56,549 bases of DNA from a virus (taxonomy: Duplodnaviria; Caudoviricetes), in the IMG/VR virus record IMGVR_UViG_3300032265_000524, positions 1-56,549 of that record; one strand, written 5' to 3'. Below the pieces are notes generated by a model, which searched no databases, was not told the origin of the DNA, and was given only the letters and a program-made list of their open reading frames with translations. Position numbers and translations under genes: made by a program. Shown here in pieces: positions 50,705 to 56,549 of this stretch; positions within the stretch are counted from its first letter, which is position 1, and each line of letters starts with the position of its first letter.

Positions 50705-51478
50705 ATGGCCGAAGAAACCAACTCAACAAAAGAACGCAATGCGGTATTTGAGTATGTAAAAGACATGCTAGGCGATGGCATGGTTGAAGTAGAGCTTGAT
50801 CCTAAGCACTATGAAACTGCATTAGATCGCGCAATTAACCGATTCCGTCAGCGTAGCTCAAATGCTGTTGAAGAAAGCTATATGTTTCTTGAGCTAATTC
50901 AGGATCAAAACGAGTATCGCTTACCTGATGAAGTTATTGAAGTCCGCGAAGTTTTCCGTAGAGCTATTGGTTCACGTAGTGGTTTAGGTGCAGGCGGAAC
51001 ATTGTTCGAGCCATTCAACTTGGCGTACACAAACACCTACTTGTTATCCGGTACCATGATGGGAGGTCTAGCAACATACGAAATGTTTGCTGGATACCAA
51101 AAATTAGTTGGTAAAATGTTTGGTAGCTATATTGAATATAAATGGAAACAACAAAGCCATTTATTAACAATACTGCAACGTCCATTTGCACAAGGCGAAC
51201 AGGTACTAATTCGCACTTATAACTACCGTCCAGATTATGTAATCTTAACAGATATCTATGCAAAACAATGGCTTCGTGACTATACTCTAGCAACTTGTAA
51301 AGCTATGTTAGGCGAAGCACGTAGTAAATTTGGATCTATCGCTGGCCCTGGCGGCGGCGGTATTACATTAAACGGCACTGCACTACAAGCGGCAGGCAAA
51401 GAAGAGATTGCTAATTTGGAAAAAGAAATTGATAACCTAATTCCAGGTGGCATTCCTTATACATTCGTACTTGGCTAA
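50705..51478 (+). CDS. gp13: neck protein (T4 gp13-like)
   Basis: LG..MVEVEL, WLRDYTLA..K..LG..RSKF..I.GPGG..TLNG motifs. Confidence 0.85.
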   Translation: MAEETNSTKERNAVFEYVKDMLGDGMVEVELDPKHYETALDRAINRFRQRSSNAVEESYMFLELIQDQNEYRLPDEVIEVREVFRRAIGSRSGLGAGGTLFEPFNLAYTNTYLLSGTMMGGLATYEMFAGYQKLVGKMFGSYIEYKWKQQSHLLTILQRPFAQGEQVLIRTYNYRPDYVILTDIYAKQWLRDYTLATCKAMLGEARSKFGSIAGPGGGGITLNGTALQAAGKEEIANLEKEIDNLIPGGIPYTFVLG

Positions 51479-51485
51479 AAAACTC

Positions 51486-51514
51486 TTGACCTTGTAATAA
51501 AACTGTTATATACT
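51486..51514 (+). promoter_or_regulatory. sigma70-type promoter of dNMP kinase
   Basis: TTGACC-17 nt-TATACT followed by an AGGAG RBS. Confidence 0.8.
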
Positions 51515-51536
51515 GTAGTATCTTTAGGAGAGCTAC

Positions 51537-52232
51537 ATGATTATTGGAGTATGCGGTTTTATTGGTTCGGGCAAAGATACTATTGCCGACTATCTTACAA
51601 ATTTCCACGGTTTTCGACGCGAGTCCTTCGCTAACACACTGAAAGATTCAGTGTCCGCAGTGTTCGGTTGGGACCGTACTATGCTAGAAGGACGTACAGC
51701 AAGTGCCCGAGAATGGCGTGAGCAAGTTGATCCATGGTGGGCAGAACGCCTAAACATGCCTAATCTAACTCCACGCTGGGTCCTACAGTACTGGGGAACT
51801 GAAGTTTGTCGCAAAGGGTTCCATGATGATATTTGGATTGCCGCTCTAGAAAACAAACTACGCAACAGCAAAGACGATATTGTTATAAGTGACTGTCGTT
51901 TTCCTAACGAAATTAAATCAATTAGAGCCGCAGGTGGTATCGTAATCCGTGTAAAACGTGGCGAAGATCCTGTTTGGTATCGCGATGCTTGTGATGTCAA
52001 TGCTGGTGATAAGTGCTTAAATTATTCAAGAGCTAAATCACGCTTAGATGAACTAGGAGTACATGCTTCAGAAACAGCGTGGTGTGGAACTAAGTTTGAT
52101 GCTACACTTGATAATAACAGTAGTATAGATGATCTATATGCTGAAGTTAAAGATCTGGTACAAGATCACCTTGTTTCCAGCGGACACCTTCCTGGTGTAG
52201 AGTTCGCTGACAGTTTGCACATACCGTCTTAA
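51537..52232 (+). CDS. gp1: deoxynucleoside monophosphate kinase (T4 gp1-like)
   Basis: P-loop GFIGSGKDT, FA..LK, TPRWVLQYWGTE, ISDCRFPNE, H.SE motifs. Confidence 0.9.
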   Translation: MIIGVCGFIGSGKDTIADYLTNFHGFRRESFANTLKDSVSAVFGWDRTMLEGRTASAREWREQVDPWWAERLNMPNLTPRWVLQYWGTEVCRKGFHDDIWIAALENKLRNSKDDIVISDCRFPNEIKSIRAAGGIVIRVKRGEDPVWYRDACDVNAGDKCLNYSRAKSRLDELGVHASETAWCGTKFDATLDNNSSIDDLYAEVKDLVQDHLVSSGHLPGVEFADSLHIPS

Positions 52233-52476
52233 GATTAGTATGACGGCAGTTATTTAAATCGCCGTCTACATGAAATACATTAAACACTGTTCTGTGTTGT
52301 GATCGAAAACCGCATTTATCACATGCGGTTTTCATTTTGTATCCTGCTGTTTGCCAACGTGGTACTACACTAATACCCTTTAGGCAGGCCTCGCACTTAC
52401 GTCTATAATAAGCGCGACCATTTTTGTAGTAGTTTAAGGCTGCCGGACGCTGTCCGCAGGAGCATAAAGGTCTCAT
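52147..52476 (-). CDS. small zinc-finger HNH-like protein
   Basis: CSC, CEAC, CDKC, CANC pairs and HVDGDLNN...NL..VCANC. Confidence 0.7.
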   Translation of the reverse strand: MRPLCSCGQRPAALNYYKNGRAYYRRKCEACLKGISVVPRWQTAGYKMKTACDKCGFRSQHRTVFNVFHVDGDLNNCRHTNLKTVCANCQRTLHQEGVRWKQGDLVPDL

Positions 52477-52481
52477 ACAAA

Positions 52482-52487
52482 TATTTA
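52482..52487 (-). promoter_or_regulatory. late promoter box 5 nt upstream of the HNH-like ATG
   Basis: Minus strand TAAATA-tttgt-ATG, no RBS. Confidence 0.55.
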
Positions 52488-52489
52488 AG

Positions 52490-52511
52490 CCTTTTTCACC
52501 CCTTTTTCACC
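52490..52511. repeat. perfect 11-bp tandem direct repeat
   Basis: cctttttcacc x2 between divergent late boxes. Confidence 0.8.
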
Positions 52512-52543
52512 TAGTATTACAGGTATAAAAACTCCAAATGCCA

Positions 52544-52549
52544 TAAATA
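52544..52549 (+). promoter_or_regulatory. late promoter box for the sheath/tube operon
   Basis: caTAAATAc upstream of the GGAG RBS and ATG 52582. Confidence 0.65.
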
Positions 52550-52581
52550 CAAATAGAATTGTATTCATTGGAGATTACAGG

Positions 52582-55500
52582 ATGGCCACATTAAATTCAC
52601 CAGGCGTAGCAGTCACAGTCGTAGACGAATCGTTCTATGTACCCGCTGCACCAGGAACCGTACCCCTTATCGTTGTTGCTACAGCGCAAGACAAATTAAA
52701 CGCTGCCGGCACCGGAACAGCTACAGCTACTAAAAAAGCTAAAGCTGGACAAGTTCAGCTAGTTACAAGTCAGAAAGATATTGGAGACCTTTTTGGTACT
52801 CCTTTCTTTGAAACTGATGCAAGCAATAATCCAATCCATGCGGGAGAGCGCAACGAATATGGACTACAGGCTGCTTATAGTTTGTTAGGTGTTTCAAATC
52901 GTGCTTATGTTGTACGTGCAGATATAGACCTAGGACAACTTAAAGCATCCGGTGCTATCCCAGCAGGTGCTCCACTAGATGGTCAGCTATGGTTAGATAC
53001 AAGTCAAACAGCATTTGGTGTATTTGAATGGAATGGTAATCCAGCAACTACAAAAGGCGGTCAATCATTTGAAGTTCAAAGCACATACGTAATTACAGAT
53101 CCACTAAAGGTAGTCAGCTACCCTAGTAATACACAACCACTAGCAAGTATCGGTACTCAAGGTGACTATGCTATAGTTTCTGTTACTAATCTCAACAGAC
53201 TATGGATGAAAAAATATCAAACAAGCACAGCCGCTGGTACATGGGTAGAAGTAGGTACAGGCGCTTGGGCAGCAAGTTGGCCAACACTAACAGGAACTAT
53301 TAACAATAGTAGTATTACATTGTTATCAGGCGATACAATTACAATCAACGGTACACAAATTACAGGTGTACTAACACTAACAGCTTTGATCACAGCGATC
53401 AACTCTAACTCAACAATTAACACATCGGGAATTACCGCAGCGAATATTAATGGATTCTTGAATTTATATTCAACTGGGGTATCTATTGTTATTGGCGGCT
53501 CGGGAATTCCAACTAAGGTAGGCGTTGCAACTGGCACATATCTAGCACCTAAGCTAAGTATTGCACCTCATACACAAATTCCTACATACGGTAGCGTAGA
53601 TAATCCAAGTTCAGCTAATGGATATCCAACAGGTAGCTTGTGGGTAAAAACAACCCAACCAAATCAAGGTGCTAACTGGTTTATTAAAAAATATTCAGCG
53701 GCAACAGCCAAGTGGACTACACTAACAACTAACCTATATGCAACTAATCAGGCAGCACTAGCTGGACTTGACCCACTAGGTGGCGGTATTAATCTAGCAA
53801 AAGGACAGTTGTATATCAAGTATGATGATGCAGAAACAGCCGATGTATTGTTAGCTAACTTTAAGGTATATGAGCGTCTAGGTGCAGGCAAGACCGATAT
53901 TAAATCAATAAACATTACAACCGGTACACTCACAGCTGGATCAAATTCATTCACAATTTCAGAAAGCGTGAATGGTAGTAGTTCGCTTACATCAGCAACA
54001 ACAGTTACATTTACAGCTAGTGCTGTTGGATATGATGCAACAGCATTACTAGCAGCACTAACAGCAGCTCTTCCAGCAAGTACAAACATTGTAACAAGTA
54101 TTAACACAACCACAAACGCTATTACAATCACACATGCACAGGGTGGTGATATTAGATTAGTTGACGGTACAAATACTCCAATTGCTAAACTATTCTCAAT
54201 AGCAAGTACTACCAACTTCTATGCTGATCCAACAAGCAACGGCAGCGATGGTAAATTTATTGCCACACAGTGGGCAGCAACAATCGGTGGTATAAGTCCA
54301 GTGATTCCAAGTGCAAGCGCACCAACAACTGTACCTGCAGATGGTACATTATGGTATGATTCAACATTAACTGATGTTGATCTTATGATTCATAATGGTA
54401 CACAGTGGGTCGGTTATCTAAACTACTCACAAATTGCATATGGCGGTCCAGCAACAACTGATGCTAACGGTCCTATCGTTAGCGGCACGATGCCAACAGT
54501 TAATAGTACTGGCGGTCCTTTAGCCAACGGTGATATTTGGGTCGATTCTAATATCACAGTGTTAGAAGGTTACCCAGTAATTTTTAGATATAACTACAAT
54601 ACGAAAACATGGGTATTGATTGATAACAGTGATCAAACTAGTGCTTCCGGTGTAGTATTTGCAGATGCACGTTGGGGTGCAACTGGTACACAAGCAGCGG
54701 CACAGTCAAGCGGCACAGGTACACCAGACAGCATCCAAGCACTGCTAACCAGCAACTTTGTTGATTTTGATTGCCCAGATCCTGCACTATATCCAAAAGG
54801 TATGTTGCTATGGAATACACGTCGTTCAGGATTCAACGTTAAGCAATATAAAGTTGGTTATGTCAATGTACTACAGCGCAATGCAATGTATCCACACACA
54901 ATGGGTGTGCTAGTTCCAGAGCTAATGACAAATTATTATCCAGATCGTTGGGTTACAGCGTCTGCTAACCAACCAGACGGTTCAGGTTCATTTGGTCATA
55001 TTGCACAACGTCAGGTTGTATTGCAAGCTCTTAAAGCAACGCTTCAAAGTAATCAACAGATCCGTGACACTGAATCACGTGTGTTTAACCTAATGGCTTG
55101 CCCAGGATATCCAGAAGTTATTCCTGATCTTGTAACATTAAACTATGACCGTGGTATTTCAGCATTTGTTGTTGGCGATACACCAGCACGTTTAACACCA
55201 GATGCAACAACATTAAGTAACTGGGGTAACAACGTTAACAAGGCGCTGTATGACAGTCAACAAGGTCTTGTAACAACTGATCCATACCTAGGTGTTTACT
55301 ACCCATGGGGTTATTCAACAGATAATCTAGGTAACGCGATTGCTGTACCTCCAAGCCATATGATGTTACGTACAATCGCTCTAAGCGACAACGTTTCTTA
55401 TCCATGGTTTGCTCCAGCAGGCACACGCCGTGGTGGTATTACAAATGCATCAGCAGTTGGTTATGTAGATTTCCAAGGCGAATTTAAATCAGTAGCATTG

Positions 55501-55941
55501 AACAGCGGTCAGCGCGATACATTGGCTAGCATTCATGTTAACCCGATTACATATCTATCTGGCACAGGCTTGGTAGCGTATGGCCAATATACACGTCAAC
55601 TAACAGCAAGCTCATTAGATCGTATCAACGTAGCACGTCTAGTAATTTACCTACGTGGCTTGTTTAATCAGTTGGCAAAACCATATGTGTTTGAACCAAA
55701 TGATAAGATCACACGTGACGAGTTAAAAGGACATGCAGACAGCTTACTATTAGAACTAGTAGGACAACGTGCTCTATATGACTACTTGACAGTATGTGAT
55801 ACAAGTAATAATACACCTGCACGTATTGATCGCAGTGAACTATGGTTAGACGTAGCAATTGAACCAGTAAAAGCAGCGGAATTTATTTACATTCCAATTC
55901 GCTTAGAAAATACTGGCGCAATCAAAGGTCTAGCAAAATAA
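52582..55941 (+). CDS. gp18: contractile tail sheath protein (T4 gp18-like), enlarged
   Basis: L.SPGV.V...DES, YYPW, VPPS, PWFAPAG..RG, NPI, LDRINVARL, FEPND..TR, NNTP..IDR.EL, IEP.KA.EFI motifs. Confidence 0.93.
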   Translation: MATLNSPGVAVTVVDESFYVPAAPGTVPLIVVATAQDKLNAAGTGTATATKKAKAGQVQLVTSQKDIGDLFGTPFFETDASNNPIHAGERNEYGLQAAYSLLGVSNRAYVVRADIDLGQLKASGAIPAGAPLDGQLWLDTSQTAFGVFEWNGNPATTKGGQSFEVQSTYVITDPLKVVSYPSNTQPLASIGTQGDYAIVSVTNLNRLWMKKYQTSTAAGTWVEVGTGAWAASWPTLTGTINNSSITLLSGDTITINGTQITGVLTLTALITAINSNSTINTSGITAANINGFLNLYSTGVSIVIGGSGIPTKVGVATGTYLAPKLSIAPHTQIPTYGSVDNPSSANGYPTGSLWVKTTQPNQGANWFIKKYSAATAKWTTLTTNLYATNQAALAGLDPLGGGINLAKGQLYIKYDDAETADVLLANFKVYERLGAGKTDIKSINITTGTLTAGSNSFTISESVNGSSSLTSATTVTFTASAVGYDATALLAALTAALPASTNIVTSINTTTNAITITHAQGGDIRLVDGTNTPIAKLFSIASTTNFYADPTSNGSDGKFIATQWAATIGGISPVIPSASAPTTVPADGTLWYDSTLTDVDLMIHNGTQWVGYLNYSQIAYGGPATTDANGPIVSGTMPTVNSTGGPLANGDIWVDSNITVLEGYPVIFRYNYNTKTWVLIDNSDQTSASGVVFADARWGATGTQAAAQSSGTGTPDSIQALLTSNFVDFDCPDPALYPKGMLLWNTRRSGFNVKQYKVGYVNVLQRNAMYPHTMGVLVPELMTNYYPDRWVTASANQPDGSGSFGHIAQRQVVLQALKATLQSNQQIRDTESRVFNLMACPGYPEVIPDLVTLNYDRGISAFVVGDTPARLTPDATTLSNWGNNVNKALYDSQQGLVTTDPYLGVYYPWGYSTDNLGNAIAVPPSHMMLRTIALSDNVSYPWFAPAGTRRGGITNASAVGYVDFQGEFKSVALNSGQRDTLASIHVNPITYLSGTGLVAYGQYTRQLTASSLDRINVARLVIYLRGLFNQLAKPYVFEPNDKITRDELKGHADSLLLELVGQRALYDYLTVCDTSNNTPARIDRSELWLDVAIEPVKAAEFIYIPIRLENTGAIKGLAK

Positions 55942-55955
55942 TCGGAGCATAACAA

Positions 55956-56549
55956 ATGGCAATTTCATCATTAAGTAAATTTACAGTTCCACTAGCATCA
56001 GACCAGAGTGCTGCTTCGCAAGGTATGTTAATGCCTAAGCTCAAGTATCGCTTTAGAGTGATGTTTGAGAACTTTGGCGTATCAACACCAACAACTGAGT
56101 TAACTAAGCAAGTACAAGACGCTGCTCGTCCCAACATGCAGTTTGCAGATCAGAAACTTGAGATTTACAACTCAACAATTCACTATGCAGGCCGTCCAAC
56201 ATGGCAAACTATGAAAGTCACATTACGTGATGATGTAACAGGTGCTGTGTCTAAGCTATGCGGCGAACAACTACAGAAACAGTTTGATTTCTTTGAACAA
56301 GCATCAGCTGCTTCAGGTGGTGATTATAAGTTTAGTATGCGTATTGAAATCCTAGACGGCGGTAATGGAACATTAACACCAAACGTACTAGAAACTTGGG
56401 AATGTTACGGTTGCTATGTTACACAGATCAACTATGGTGACATCAAGTATTCAGAGCAAACACCAGTAATGGTTGAGTTAACAATTCAACCAGATAACTG
56501 TTTACAAGTTACAGGTGGTGCTGCGGCTCCAACACAACGTACTATCGGT
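55956..56549 (+). CDS. gp19: tail tube protein (T4 gp19-like), 3'-truncated by the window
   Basis: Not in the ORF track. ATG 55956 after ggag is open to the window end: MAISSLSKFTVPLASDQ...LMPKLKYRFRV...YAGRPTWQTMKVTLRDD...ETWECYGC; directly after the sheath gene. Confidence 0.88.
   Translation, partial: MAISSLSKFTVPLASDQSAASQGMLMPKLKYRFRVMFENFGVSTPTTELTKQVQDAARPNMQFADQKLEIYNSTIHYAGRPTWQTMKVTLRDDVTGAVSKLCGEQLQKQFDFFEQASAASGGDYKFSMRIEILDGGNGTLTPNVLETWECYGCYVTQINYGDIKYSEQTPVMVELTIQPDNCLQVTGGAAAPTQRTIG

Noticed and set aside
895-56137. Many 60-165 aa ORFs antisense to or out of frame within long genes (e.g. 14402-14896, 25308-25730, 32058-32465, 53748-54215)
   Set aside because: Val/Pro/Leu-rich shadows of Thr/Gly codon bias; no RBS and no recognisable motifs
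1-56549. Stop-codon reassignment
   Set aside because: The standard code gives intact, densely packed ORFs, including a 16-kb one
1-56549. CRISPR array, tRNA, rRNA, IS element, intron or intein
   Set aside because: No spaced repeats, cloverleaf, transposase or intein terminal motifs noticed; intergenic gaps are short; the large protein inserts are structural repeats

Overview
This window is the virion-morphogenesis region of a large T4-like (myovirus) bacteriophage. It opens with the 3' end of the prohead protease, the scaffold and the major capsid gene. About 40 kb of Thr/Gly/Ser-rich fibre/appendage genes follow, including two paralogous giant proteins of 2661 and 5446 aa. Next come three Cys/Gly-rich adhesin-like paralogs interleaved with two tail-assembly-chaperone-like paralogs. 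A convergent four-gene enzyme cassette follows (GT9-like glycosyltransferase, two SGNH-like proteins, NodU/CmcH/TobZ-type carbamoyltransferase) with its own sigma70-type promoter. The window ends with Nudix, gp15, gp14, a divergent gp13, dNMP kinase, an HNH-like gene, an enlarged tail sheath and the start of the tail tube. TAAATA late-promoter boxes recur in the intergenic gaps. The most unusual observations are: (i) a possible virion- or host-surface decoration system (Cys-rich adhesins facing a glycosyl/acyl/carbamoyl cassette whose GT has Arg at the catalytic-Asp position); (ii) nested 'Russian-doll' domain insertion in the 5446-aa protein; (iii) phycobiliprotein-like helical repeats inside a split beta-helix; (iv) two structured leader RNAs. 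All family calls come from motifs recognised by eye; no database search was run.
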